Shown: one piece after another, positions 11,802 to 23,229 of the stretch
Layout: every line of letters begins with the position of its first letter
How positions within the stretch are numbered: position 1 is the stretch's first letter
Assembly (NCBI RefSeq): GCF_001194135.2
Contig: NC_068982.1
Coordinates: 173,594,294-173,632,243, forward strand
DNA length: 37,950 bases
Source of the DNA: Octopus bimaculoides
Lineage: Eukaryota
Direction: 5' to 3'
Program-made: the position numbers and the translations under genes
Notes under the pieces: generated by a model
The model's input: the letters and a program-made list of their open reading frames with translations, nothing else
The model's database searches: none
What the model was told of the DNA's origin: nothing

Positions 11802-13200
11802 TAATCCATTGCCGTGTTTTGATTTCGTACTGTGTTTTCTATTGTAATAAACATAAAGTCTGCATTACTTAGTAGTACCCTGTTCTGTATGTTATGCTTA
11901 TGTGTAAATTTTGAGGCGTTGCTTACGTCTGAAACTTAGCAGCCGTTCCCAAAGCACCTATTAGAATAGGGATTGTCTCTGTTTTCAGTCCCCACATTCT
12001 AGTTCTTTCTATTTCTAATTCTTTGTATTTGGATTTATCCATTTCTATGTGGGTATAAATTTGTCGTCCCATGGTACTGACACTTGATTAGGAACACTTC
12101 ATATGCTGCTCGTTCTTAGAAATGATATTCGACAGATTATCATTAGTCTCCCTGTCTGTGTGGTTTGGCATATTCGAGAATATGGTTGCACTGCCATTCT
12201 CAAAAACCTTCTATGTTTTTACCAGTTTTGTTTTGTCTGTACTTTATAACTCCTATCGTCATACTTGTAAATGTGCTCTTCTTAGATATGTTTGGGTAAC
12301 CAGAGACAATATGGTTCATTGTGTCTTTCCAAACTCTACTTACTCTTATAAATTTTGTTTTTGGTGGTTTCTAGTGGGAAAGCTTTGATACTGTCTTACA
12401 AAAAAACAAAGCCTCCTCCAGCCTGAACTTCGAATCCTGTACTTTTTGTCTAGTGTCGCAATATTTCTCTATTCCCACCCAGTTTCTTTTTAAGATATTG
12501 GTTCTGTAAGGATTGTTCTTGTCTCCACTTTAGCATTGTATTCTTTAGCCTCATTTTTAGCTTCGCTCTTAGTTTTCTTTCTTTCCTTCTTTCCTTCTTC
12601 CTTTCATTTACTTATTTGATTTTGTAATCTATGTTGTTTTTCTTTTCACTTTACCGTTTCTTGCCTTATCGACTCTTCTTTTATAATTGTTGGCTTCTTT
12701 GAAAACAACACACAAATTTCGTTTTGTTCGAGGATTGTGGCTATTTATATTAGTTTTCCATTTATACTCTTGTAGTTTTAAAGCCAATATTTTATAATTG
12801 TTGCATAAGGCTGCTACATACCTGTATTCATAGAATACATAATATTTCTATTTTAGATATCAGCTGGTGCATTCAAAATGCAGTCATTATGTTTATTGTT
12901 TTTCTTTCTACTCTTGCTAATTCGTTTAATGCCCTACAGAGAATATTGCATCTATAACGTATAACTTGAACAGTTAGGGTATTGATGACTATTACCTTAT
13001 TTTTGGCAGTTAGCTCTGTTTTAAGTATTAATCTCATGCGTTTATAATATTTTTGATTGCTTATTATCATTTACTGGTCTGTGTTTTTGTCCTCACTTCA
13101 AACATGGCTTGGTGTTTTATTCCACACACCATTTCTAATTCGTTGTCAAGTTTTATAACAGGTATCATTGCTCATACATAAACGCATTTAAATAGACTGT
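11801..13200 (-). mobile_element. Dong/R4-type LINE, ~1.4 kb degenerate 3' fragment b
   Basis: Ordered minus-strand motifs: KYYKRMRLILKTELTAKNKVIVINTL (ORF 12873-13070), VFKEANNYK, TMLKWRQEQ, QSFPTRNHQK, TMNHIVSGYP (zinc-knuckle region), KVFENGSATIFSNMPNHTDRE, and SKYKELEIERTRMWGLKTETIPILIGALG (12033-11947). Ends in an (AAT)n tail at 11800. Confidence 0.85.
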
Positions 13201-13576
13201 TCAATCCGTTAATTAGATGAAGGATCAACTTCTACAGTCACAGATGTTAGAGGAGGTGGCATAACATGCACATATCTCCAGCAAACATAACACCAAAGAA
13301 TGTAACGGTAAACGGGAACGGAAATAGTTTTAAAAACCCAAAATAAATGCATTACCATTTTTCGAAAAGTCTTTCGTTCTTATATCAACAAATGTGAGTC
13401 TGTTCCACATGTACCTTGCAGAAATGAAAAAGTAATGATATTTATCAATAAAAATAGTTTTATTCTACTACTCATATTGAGTGGTCTTTACTTTTTGCTA
13501 TATATATATATGATGTATATATATATGTGTAATATACATATATATATATGATATATATACTCACACACACGCATAT

Positions 13577-13621
<45 letters not shown>

Positions 13622-14748
13622 TATATATATATATATGTATAATATACATATATATATGATATATATATGTATAACACACACACGCACGGGAACACACACA
13701 CACGCACACGCATATATATATATATATATATATATGAAAATACTAAATGGAACAAGAACGCAAAACATCCAGACAGTCAGGTGATACAAGAAAGGGAAAC
13801 AAAACATCCAGATAGACGATACAAAGAAAACAAGGACGGGTCATCCGGATTTTTCTTTCCTCAGTCGAGTTCCAGATTATCTTTGCAATTTCAGCTTGTT
13901 ATACTCGAGATTCCTCCAGTCTGGCCAGCCCCAACGAAAAACTAAGCTAAGAGGATTAAATTCCTTGGAAGAAATAACCGAATGTATACAAAATCAAGGA
14001 CGGAAAAAAACGAACAATGTTACATATATATTGTGTGTGGTAAAGCTTCAACATGTAGAATAGAACTCGATCAGAGAGTTAAAATTATGTTATGATAAAA
14101 ACCACAAGTCCTGTTAAATACATCTACCTAGGGTTTCCTTGCCGAAATAATCTATTCCGCTCATAAAGAAGTCAAAAAGAAAACACAAGGGAGATAACCA
14201 ACATTACGGTAAACAAATGTCAAAAAGGTGTAAACAAGATATAAATGTTTTACAATGTGTCTGTTGCCCCATTTTTGAATTCTGCTAAAATGTATTTCTT
14301 AAAATGGGGACACAAAGAAAAGATCTCGTCCCCTGGAATTTACATAGTTGTTGGAGGCTCTCAAATTTTTTCAAGATATATAGTTTTTGAAGAGAACATA
14401 TTGAACATCTTTTGGACCCATTAATATAGGGGTTGGTCTTCCAAAGGATATTCAATTTCATGCAGCAGTTGGTTCCTTCCTCTTAAGCCGAAAGGATAGT
14501 TGAAGTCTTTTATCACGATGTCTAAATTTTGAATGATGGTTGTCATCGGAGGATTTAAATTTTTGTTCCACGTCTCATAGATCTCTGTGTCTGTCGTTCC
14601 CATAGAAAGAAATATCCATATAATGAAATCACGTGATATGGAAGCCTCTATGTGTATGCTTTTATGCACCAAGTACCTAAATGAGAAGTTCTCTCGAGGG
14701 TAACAATGCAGAATTCGGTGTCCTAAGAAGACATCCGTGTTAAGTTGA

Positions 14749-14803
<55 letters not shown>

Positions 14804-16038
14804 NNNNNNNNNNNNNNNNNNNNNNNNNNNNNNNNNNNNNNNNNNNNNNNNNNNNNNNNNNNNNNNNNNNNNNNNNNNNNNNNNNNNNNNNNNNNNNNNN
14901 NNNNNNNNNNNNNNNNNNNNNNNNNNNNNNNNNNNNNNNNNNNNNNNNNNNNNNNNNNNNNNNNNNNNNNNNNNNNNNNNNNNNNNNNNNNNNNNNNNNN
15001 NNNNNNNNNNNNNNNNNNNNNNNNNNNNNNNNNNNNNNNNNNNNNNNNNNNNNNNNNNNNNNNNNNNNNNNNNNNNNNNNNNNNNNNNNNNNNNNNNNNN
15101 NNNNNNNNNNNNNNNNNNNNNNNNNNNNNNNNNNNNNNNNNNNNNNNNNNNNNNNNNNNNNNNNNNNNNNNNNNNNNNNNNNNNNNNNNNNNNNNNNNNN
15201 NNNNNNNNNNNNNNNNNNNNNNNNNNNNNNNNNNNNNNNNNNNNNNNNNNNNNNNNNNNNNNNNNNNNNNNNNNNNNNNNNNNNNNNNNNNNNNNNNNNN
15301 NNNNNNNNNNNNNNNNNNNNNNNNNNNNNNNNNNNNNNNNNNNNNNNNNNNNNNNNNNNNNNNNNNNNNNNNNNNNNNNNNNNNNNNNNNNNNNNNNNNN
15401 NNNNNNNNNNNNNNNNNNNNNNNNNNNNNNNNNNNNNNNNNNNNNNNNNNNNNNNNNNNNNNNNNNNNNNNNNNNNNNNNNNNNNNNNNNNNNNNNNNNN
15501 NNNNNNNNNNNNNNNNNNNNNNNNNNNNNNNNNNNNNNNNNNNNNNNNNNNNNNNNNNNNNNNNNNNNNNNNNNNNNNNNNNNNNNNNNNNNNNNNNNNN
15601 NNNNNNNNNNNNNNNNNNNNNNNNNNNNNNNNNNNNNNNNNNNNNNNNNNNNNNNNNNNNNNNNNNNNNNNNNNNNNNNNNNNNNNNNNNNNNNNNNNNA
15701 TTGGGACGCTGTTTAGTGAGAAGTTAAGGGAAGTTCATATTTAGTTGCTGGTTTTGTTGTCTTGGCAGTTGGTGTTTCTGTTGTTGTTGTCCTGCTCTTG
15801 TGTTGTTGTTTTTTTTGTTTTTATTTTTACCATTTTTAGTTCTTTTTTTTTTTTTCGGCTCATATTTTTTGCCAGTGTCACTGGTGCTTCTACCATCCTC
15901 GCTTTAAGTTTTCCATCTGGTTCTTCTTAAATTGTTTTCCTCTGTAGGTGTATATTTGTGAGCGTGCTCGTATGTGTGTGTGTCTGTGTTTGAGTGTGCA
16001 TGTGAGTATGTGTGTGTATGTGTGTGTGTGTTTGTATA

Positions 16039-16085
<47 letters not shown>

Positions 16086-16978
16086 TGTGTTGTATGTATG
16101 CACAGGTCATTTATGTATCTGTGTCTACGCATCTATTTATCTGTGTCTGTGTGTATACACTTCACTACGCATATATATATGNNNNNNNNNNNNNNNNNNN
16201 NNNNNNNNNNNNNNNNNNNNNNNNNNNNNNNNNNNNNNNNNNNNNNNNNNNNNNNNNNNNNNNNNNNNNNNNNNNNNNNNNNNNNNNNNNNNNNNNNNNN
16301 NNNNNNNNNNNNNNNNNNNNNNNNNNNNNNNNNNNNNNNNNNNNNNNNNNNNNNNNNNNNNNNNNNNNNNNNNNNNNNNNNNNNNNNNNNNNNNNNNNNN
16401 NNNNNNNNNNNNNNNNNNNNNNNNNNNNNNNNNNNNNNNNNNNNNNNNNNNNNNNNNNNNNNNNNNNNNNNNNNNNNNNNNNNNNNNNNNNNNNNNNNNN
16501 NNNNNNNNNNNNNNNNNNNNNNNNNNNNNNNNNNNNNNNNNNNNNNNNNNNNNNNNNNNNNNNNNNNNNNNNNNNNNNNNNNNNNNNNNNNNNNNNNNNN
16601 NNNNNNNNNNNNNNNNNNNNNNNNNNNNNNNNNNNNNNNNNNNNNNNNNNNNNNNNNNNNNNNNNNNNNNNNNNNNNNNNNNNNNNNNNNNNNNNNNNNN
16701 NNNNNNNNNNNNNNNNNNNNNNNNNNNNNNNNNNNNNNNNNNNNNNNNNNNNNNNNNNNNNNNNNNNNNNNNNNNNNNNNNNNNNNNNNNNNNNNNNNNN
16801 NNNNNNNNNNNNNNNNNNNNNNNNNNNNNNNNNNNNNNNNNNNNNNNNNNNNNNNNNNNNNNNNNNNNNNNNNNNNNNNNNNNNNNNNNNNNNNNNNNNN
16901 NNNNNNNNNNNNNNNNNNNNNNNNNNNNNNNNNNNNNNNNNNNNNNNNNNNNNNNNTATATATATATACACATATATC

Positions 16979-17021
<43 letters not shown>

Positions 17022-18641
17022 GAGTGTGTGTGTGTGTGTGCGTATATATAAATATATATATATATATATTAGTGTGTAAATTTGTATTTATGCATATGCA
17101 CTCCTGCCAGAGTGCATACTTGTGTGTTTGTGCGGCACAGATTTTATGCACTTCATTAGTGTGATCCGAATTTTGTCTCTTTGTGGTGTGTGCACGCGTT
17201 CTCAAATAAACTATTCAGTAATCTATATATGAGTTCTACAAATGACTGTAATTATCTATGATCTGCACTGTGCCAGTGTATATGCGTAAATATACTTTTA
17301 TGGGTGGATGCGAACATCTGACTGTGCATATATGTATGTATGTATAAGTATGTATAAGTATGTCTTTATGTGTATATCTTATGTGCATGTGTGTATACCA
17401 CTGTGCTGCTCCGGGAACGATTTTCTCAGTAAGGATAACTGTGATGTATTTGAAGATTTATATAACTTCGTGTGTGTGTGTACGTGTGTGTGTGTGTGTG
17501 TTTGTGTGTTTGTGTGTGTTTGTGTGTGTGTGTTTGTGTGTGTGTGTATCTTCTTATTTGTACATGTGCTTGTATTTCTGTGATTATGTACGTTTCAGTT
17601 AATGCGTCATACAGATAAGAGTTAAAACTTTTCCCATCTGTTTGTGGCTTTATGTCCACGCAAGCCTCACATTAGGCATGTATGTATGTATGTATGTATG
17701 TATGTATGTATGTATGTATGTATGTATGTATGTATGTATTTGAATGCATACTTGTATATGTGTATTTATATATATGTATACGTGTGTGTGTCTGTGTGTT
17801 TGTTCGTATATGAATGCATATTTGTGTGTGCGTATATATATATNNNNNNNNNNNNNNNNNNNNNNNNNNNNNNNNNNNNNNNNNNNNNNNNNNNNNNNNN
17901 NNNNNNNNNNNNNNNNNNNNNNNNNNNNNNNNNNNNNNNNNNNNNNNNNNNNNNNNNNNNNNNNNNNNNNNNNNNNNNNNNNNNNNNNNNNNNNNNNNNN
18001 NNNNNNNNNNNNNNNNNNNNNNNNNNNNNNNNNNNNNNNNNNNNNNNNNNNNNNNNNNNNNNNNNNNNNNNNNNNNNNNNNNNNNNNNNNNNNNNNNNNN
18101 NNNNNNNNNNNNNNNNNNNNNNNNNNNNNNNNNNNNNNNNNNNNNNNNNNNNNNNNNNNNNNNNNNNNNNNNNNNNNNNNNNNNNNNNNNNNNNNNNNNN
18201 NNNNNNNNNNNNNNNNNNNNNNNNNNNNNNNNNNNNNNNNNNNNNNNNNNNNNNNNNNNNNNNNNNNNNNNNNNNNNNNNNNNNNNNNNNNNNNNNNNNN
18301 NNNNNNNNNNNNNNNNNNNNNNNNNNNNNNNNNNNNNNNNNNNNNNNNNNNNNNNNNNNNNNNNNNNNNNNNNNNNNNNNNNNNNNNNNNNNNNNNNNNN
18401 NNNNNNNNNNNNNNNNNNNNNNNNNNNNNNNNNNNNNNNNNNNNNNNNNNNNNNNNNNNNNNNNNNNNNNNNNNNNNNNNNNNNNNNNNNNNNNNNNNNN
18501 NNNNNNNNNNNNNNNNNNNNNNNNNNNNNNNNNNNNNNNNNNNNNNNNNNNNNNNNNNNNNNNNNNNNNNNNNNNNNNNNNNNNNNNNNNNNNNNNNNNN
18601 NNNNNNNNNNNNNNNNNNNNNNNNNNNNNNNNNNNNNNNNN

Positions 18642-18782
18642 CCCGTAAATTAGCGGTTCGGCAAAAGAAACCGATAGAATAAGTACTAGGCTTACAAAGA
18701 ATAAGTCCTGGGGTCGATTTGCTCGATCAGAGGCGGTGCTCCAGCATGGCCACAGTCAAACGACTGAAACAAGTAAAAGAGT
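18642..18782 (+). mobile_element. SINE family A, 3' half (5' part in gap 17844-18641)
   Basis: TAGCGGTTCGGCAAAAGAAACCGATAGAATAAGTACT...GGGGTCGATTTG...GGCGGTGCTCCAGCATGGCC...GACTGAAACAAGTAAAAGA; similar to 5014-5181 and to the reverse complement of 21289-21460. Confidence 0.88.
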
Positions 18783-18987
18783 TACAGTAAAAGGGATATG
18801 TACACGCTCACCCCCCTCCCCACACACACACAGAATAGACTGCAGCAATACTGGGATAACATCTTTACTCGATCACATTACTACATCGATCATATAGACT
18901 GATCGAGTCTCTGATTAACGCCATCACAAAATAGGGAACACGACGTAAGTTAAAACCTACAAACCAGAACTCTTTCTCTCTTTCTCC

Positions 18988-19071
18988 CTCGCTTTCTTTC
19001 TCATTCTCTTTCTTTCTCGCTTTCTTTCTCATTGTCTTTCTTTCTCGCTTTCTTTCTCATTCTCTTTCTTT
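18988..19071. repeat. 28-bp pyrimidine-rich minisatellite, 3 copies
   Basis: Unit CTCGCTTTCTTTCTCATTCTCTTTCTTT at 18988, 19016 and 19044. Confidence 0.85.
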
Positions 19072-19126
19072 CTCTCACACATACTGAAACAAGCACACAC
19101 AAGACACACCCGTTTCCCTACATATA

Positions 19127-19297
19127 CCGTATTTTAACATGTATAAAGAACCCCCTAACTTTCGGGGCTTAAAATTTGGAAAAAAAAAAAAAAAAGGTTT
19201 TGTAAGGGATTAAAATACTATCCATTTATAAGAAATTCCCATGTTTTTTAACTTAATTTTTGACAAAAAAGGGTTCCTTATCGACGTCAAAATACGG
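19127..19297. mobile_element. Tc1/mariner-superfamily MITE with Tc2/pogo-like termini (171 bp)
   Basis: TIRs: left CCGTATTTTAACATGTATAAAGAACCC versus reverse complement of right CCGTATTTTGACGTCGATAAGGAACCC. TA TSD at 19125-19126 and 19298-19299. CCGTATTT termini are typical of Tc2-like elements. Confidence 0.82.
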
Positions 19298-19373
19298 TAT
19301 ATTAGCCGGAAGAAACGATAGAACTCCGAGTAACAGCACAAATGTTCGCTGCTAAATTAAGTCCACACACACA

Positions 19374-19413
<40 letters not shown>

Positions 19414-19732
19414 CACACACACACACAACATTTACATACACTACTATCTAGGTCATAACAAATGTATATGTAGTGTTTTGAGTACAGGAAAGAAAGGATA
19501 CTGCATTCCCATTGAATGAACGTGTATGTCTATTTCATAGCCATACCGCCCCTTCGAGCCCTTGTGACTTACTTCCTTTTTCACCACCTCTACCACTTCT
19601 CCCTCCCCCATTTCCCTCCGCCTCTTTTTTTTTTCCATCCTACTGTCTTTCACTTGCACCTCTGCTCCTCCATTTACATATGTGTGATGTTTGTGCGATT
19701 TGTTTTCTTTTTACACCATTTTTATAGATTTT

Positions 19733-19743
19733 GTTGTTGCTGC

Positions 19744-19792
<49 letters not shown>

Positions 19793-20166
19793 CTTATAAC
19801 TGTTAGTATTGTTGTTATTTTTGGCATAGTTGTTNNNNNNNNNNNNNNNNNNNNNNNNNNNNNNNNNNNNNNNNNNNNNNNNNNNNNNNNNNNNNNNNNN
19901 NNNNNNNNNNNNNNNNNNNNNNNNNNNNNNNNNNNNNNNNGGTGTCACTATTAATATTGATGATAATGAGAGCAATGTGGCGGCGGTGGTGGTGGTGGTG
20001 GTGGTGGTGGTGGTGGTAATGGTGGTTGCAAAGAAGTGTAAGTGTTGGAGAATGGTAGTTGTTATACGTGCATGCGAATGTGGTTGTTGCACTCCTGGCT
20101 TGGAGATTCAGACGAAGAGCTGGCGCTGGCTTTCTGGTGGAAATAAAAATGGGAAAAACTAATGCT

Positions 20167-20224
<58 letters not shown>

Positions 20225-20242
20225 GATGATGATGATGATGAT

Positions 20243-20280
<38 letters not shown>
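19733..20280. repeat. Cluster of trinucleotide microsatellites (GTT)n, (GGT)n, (GAT)n, (GTA)n
   Basis: Directly visible; generates the poly-V/D/C/T ORFs. Includes gap 19835-19940. Confidence 0.9.
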
Positions 20281-20281
<1 letters not shown>

Positions 20282-20630
20282 AGAGAGGCCCTTTCGGTTA
20301 TGAATGACCATGGAATTGCACCTATAAAATTACCCTCCGAGGCACAAGTCTGAGCAAGTTGTTTATGGAAGACCATCAGTCACCCATGCATACCAGCCCC
20401 CCCCACCCCCAATTTCCGCGCTACTGATGTTATCTATCCAAGGGGAAGGTAAAGGCCGATACAGCTTGGCACCAGTGATGTCGCAACTCATTTCTACAGC
20501 TGAGTGAACTGGAGCAACGTGAAATAGTGTCTTGCTCAAGAACACAACTAACTGCACACTGCACGGTCCGGGAATCGAACTCACGACCTCCTGATTATGA
20601 GTCCGACGCTCTAACCACTGAGCCATGTGC
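20281..20630 (-). mobile_element. tRNA-derived CORE-type SINE (family C), near full length
   Basis: Minus-strand head GCACATGGCTCAGTGGTTAGAGCGTCGGACTCATAATCAGGAGGTCGTGAGTTCGATTCCCGG has A and B boxes and is tRNA-Met-like. A CORE-like TTGTGTTCTTGAGCAAGACACT...CTCCAGTTCACTCAGCTGTAGAAATGAGT follows. Flanked on both sides by (GTA)n. Confidence 0.88.
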
Positions 20631-20691
<61 letters not shown>

Positions 20692-20873
20692 AAGTATTCC
20701 ATCTTTGGCCATGCCATTTTTATTGTTGTTGCAGAGTCTACCTTCATACAGACAGTGGAACATGATTTGGGAGAGAATTGCTTGTTATTTCTAGTAATGT
20801 CTAGTGATAGCTTAAAGCTTCCTCATTGGCTTGTGAGGTAATCAGTGCATGCTTATTGTATATGCTTTGTAAG

Positions 20874-21064
20874 CGGAGGTAAAGAATACACACACTACTC
20901 ATTTTCGGCGCACCTTAACTCTAACCCTAAACATAACCCTAAACATAACCCTAACCTTAACCCTAAACATAACTCTAACCCTACCCCTAAACCTAACCCT
21001 AACCCTAAACTTAACCCTAATCCTAAATGCCGAAAACGGGTGGTGTGCGTATTGTTTACCTTCA
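20874..21064. mobile_element. Inverted-repeat (MITE-like) element enclosing degenerate telomeric repeats
   Basis: Left AGGTAAAGAATACACACACTACTCATTTTCGGC (20877-20909) versus reverse complement of right AGGTAAACAATACGCACACCACCCGTTTTCGGC (21029-21061): 28/33 identical. The interior is about 115 bp of CCCTAA/CATAA/CTTAA variants. No TSD found. Confidence 0.75.
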
Positions 21065-21184
21065 CCACTTTGCGTATGTGCTCTTGACATGTTGGATATA
21101 TATNNNNNNNNNNNNNNNNNNNNNNNNNNNNNNNNNNNNNNNNNNNNNNNNTATATATATATATATATATATATTAATTGCTAT

Positions 21185-21260
21185 GGTTTAACTCTAGGCT
21201 GATCATGTTTGAGCAAGCCTATTATAAAAACGAATTCCAACCATGACCATCCGGTCTCAT
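21185..21260 (-). mobile_element. Old SINE-like family D, 3' fragment
   Basis: Reverse complement GGATGGTCATGGTTGGAATTC...GCTTGCTC...GAGTTAAAC resembles 31540-31560 plus 31827-31862, and 35822-35870. Confidence 0.45.
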
Positions 21261-21288
21261 AGGGATTTCTTTCTAAAGCTATTTCATC

Positions 21289-21452
21289 TTTTATCTTTTA
21301 CTTGTTTCAGTCATTAGACTTTTGGCCTTGCTGGGGCACCACCATGAAGTACTTAATTTTTCAAGCCTGGTACGTATTCCATCGGTCTTTTGCCGCACCG
21401 TTAGATTCTGGGGACGTTAACACGCCAACACCGGTTGTCAAACAATGGTGGA

Positions 21453-21489
<37 letters not shown>

Positions 21490-21618
21490 TACACGACGAG
21501 TTTCTTTCAGTTTCCGTCTACCACATCCACTCACAAGGCTTTGGTCGTCCTGTGGCAATAGTAGAAGACACTTGGCCAAGGGGTCACGATGTGGGACTGA
21601 ACACAGAACCAGGTGGTT
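21289..21618 (-). mobile_element. SINE family A, near-complete copy with internal (TG)n microsatellite
   Basis: Minus strand: truncated tRNA-like head (GTTCAGTCCCAC), CORE-like CTTGGCCAAGTGTCTTCTACTAT, then AAAGCCTTGTGAGTGGATGTGGTAGACGGAAACTGAAAGAA, an internal microsatellite (21455-21490), the same 3' half as 5014 and 18642, and a TAAAAGA tail. Confidence 0.88.
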
Positions 21619-21640
21619 ATATTATTTATACATATATTCA

Positions 21641-22033
21641 AGAGGAGGCGCAATGGCCCAGTGGTTAGGGCAGCGGACTCGCGGTCAAAGGATCGCGGTT
21701 TCGATTCCCAGACCGGGAATTGTGAGTGTTTATTGAGCGAAAATACCTAAAAGCTCCACGAGGCTCCGGAAGGGGATGATGGCGAAACCTGCTGTACTCA
21801 TTTACCACAACTTTCTCTCAGTCTTACTTCCTGTTTCTGTTGTGCCTGTAATTCAAAGGGTCAGCCTTGTCGTACTGTGTCACGCTGAATATCCGCGAGA
21901 ACTACGTTAAGGGTACACGTGTCTGTGGAGTGCTCAGCCACTTGCACGTTAATTTCATGAGCAGGCTGTTCCGTTGATCGGATCAACTGGAACCCTCGAC
22001 GTCGTAAGCGACGGAGTGCCAACAACAACAACA
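21641..22033 (+). mobile_element. Full-length tRNA-derived SINE (family E) with (AAC)n tail and 11-bp TSD
   Basis: A box TGGCCCAGTGG, B box GTTTCGATTCC, (AAC)n tail from 22021. TSD ACATATATTCA at 21630-21640 and 22034-22044. CpG-rich, so relatively young. Confidence 0.92.
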
Positions 22034-22044
22034 ACATATATTCA

Positions 22045-23025
22045 TATTACTCTGCAGTGTTTTATGTATACGTAGAATCATAATCTTTCCAAGCATACTA
22101 ATGTGCCTAGAAAATTTATAGTTTTATCTTTTAAATGATGTGGTTATGGTGATGATGACGCTATTACTTCTGCGATTATTATAATCGGCAGGAAGAATAA
22201 ACATAGCTTTAAAAGCACCACCGGATTTAAAATTGTTTTTACTGCAAACTTCAAGTTACTTTCATGGTTTATTTCACGTGTTGCATGTGTTGACTTTTGC
22301 CGATATTTTGCTGTACTCTTTCTTTTTCTTGCGTCTATGTGAAATTCTATATAGGATATTAGCTAATGTTTTTGTATCTAGCTTCTTTCTTTTCTTTGTG
22401 TGTGTGTCTTGCACTGCAATATGTTTAAAGTTTCCTTGAAAATGAATAATTAACTAATGAGAAAATGTTGCACTTGTGCATATTATGTAAAAGAATGAAT
22501 CGTCAAAGTTACAAATTGCACGTTTTCTTTGAAATACGCATGCTACTTGGATGTCTGCAGCACGTCCTGTGTCTGGGTGGTTTGTGGTTTCATGTTGATG
22601 AGAAAGCTTTTGATCCTGGCTCTTTGTAATATATTCTTATATATAACTCAAGAATATTACATGCTGTGTTGCTTCGTGAATATTTTAAAGGCGTATGCAT
22701 CCATACTAAGACTAGAATGCATTTGGTTCTTACAGTATATTTGGGCGATTTTATGGTGTTGTATCTTAAAATATCTGTGAAATGAATTTGGTGTTGTAGT
22801 GTTTTAAAATAAGGTTTAATTATGTGTACGCGTATCCTTTTGTTTATTTCTTATTTCCTTACTGCAAGTCACATTTGTGGACGAACATTTAAAGTACGTT
22901 TCAGAAGGAATTTCGCTCTTTCTAGTCTATTCTGGAACAGTTCCCATCGTGCATGTGACATGAAAATATTTGTTTAGAGGGACTAGGTATGGATAATGAC
23001 ATTGCTTCTATTTGTATATTTGTAT
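22045..23025 (-). mobile_element. Heavily decayed Penelope-like RT region, antisense
   Basis: Motif relics on the minus strand in PLE order and near-expected spacing: IYKYTNRSNVII (~23020; cf. IIKPADKG.AVVI), FHRYFKI (~22785; cf. FYGLPKI), NFD (~22505; cf. SFD), STAKYRQKSTHAT (~22315; cf. GTAMG...TYAT), AMFIL (~22200; cf. DCFII), INFLG (~22110; cf. FLD). Each motif alone is weak. Confidence 0.5.
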
Positions 23026-23229
23026 ATTAGAGAAATAGTGCCCAATGTGGGAGATAACGAAGACTTTATTGTATTCTATAGAATGTTGAACAAGTGAGTA
23101 GAGTCTGTCTCGTTGTGTGATACATATAGAAGTAGGGAGTACATCAAATTCATACAAAACTTTCGCATTCTGCTCTGTCGATATCTAGCTGCAAACCCAA
23201 TAATATTGGCATATGTTTAATAAACCGCT

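Noticed and set aside
11203-11872. 214-aa and 122-aa ORFs with poly-L/S/Y/H
   Set aside because: They are antisense to a LINE fragment, a gap duplication and trinucleotide arrays.
13740-14030. Segment with AAAACATCCAGA x2 and CAAGGACGG x2, reminiscent of a repeat family
   Set aside because: Probably an interspersed repeat, but no termini, TSD or coding motif supports a classification from this window alone.
20560-20630. tRNA-Met(CAT)-like gene on the minus strand
   Set aside because: Sequence is close to tRNA-Met, but the T stem and acceptor stem do not pair and it continues into a CORE domain; it is a SINE head. The same applies to 21644-21715.
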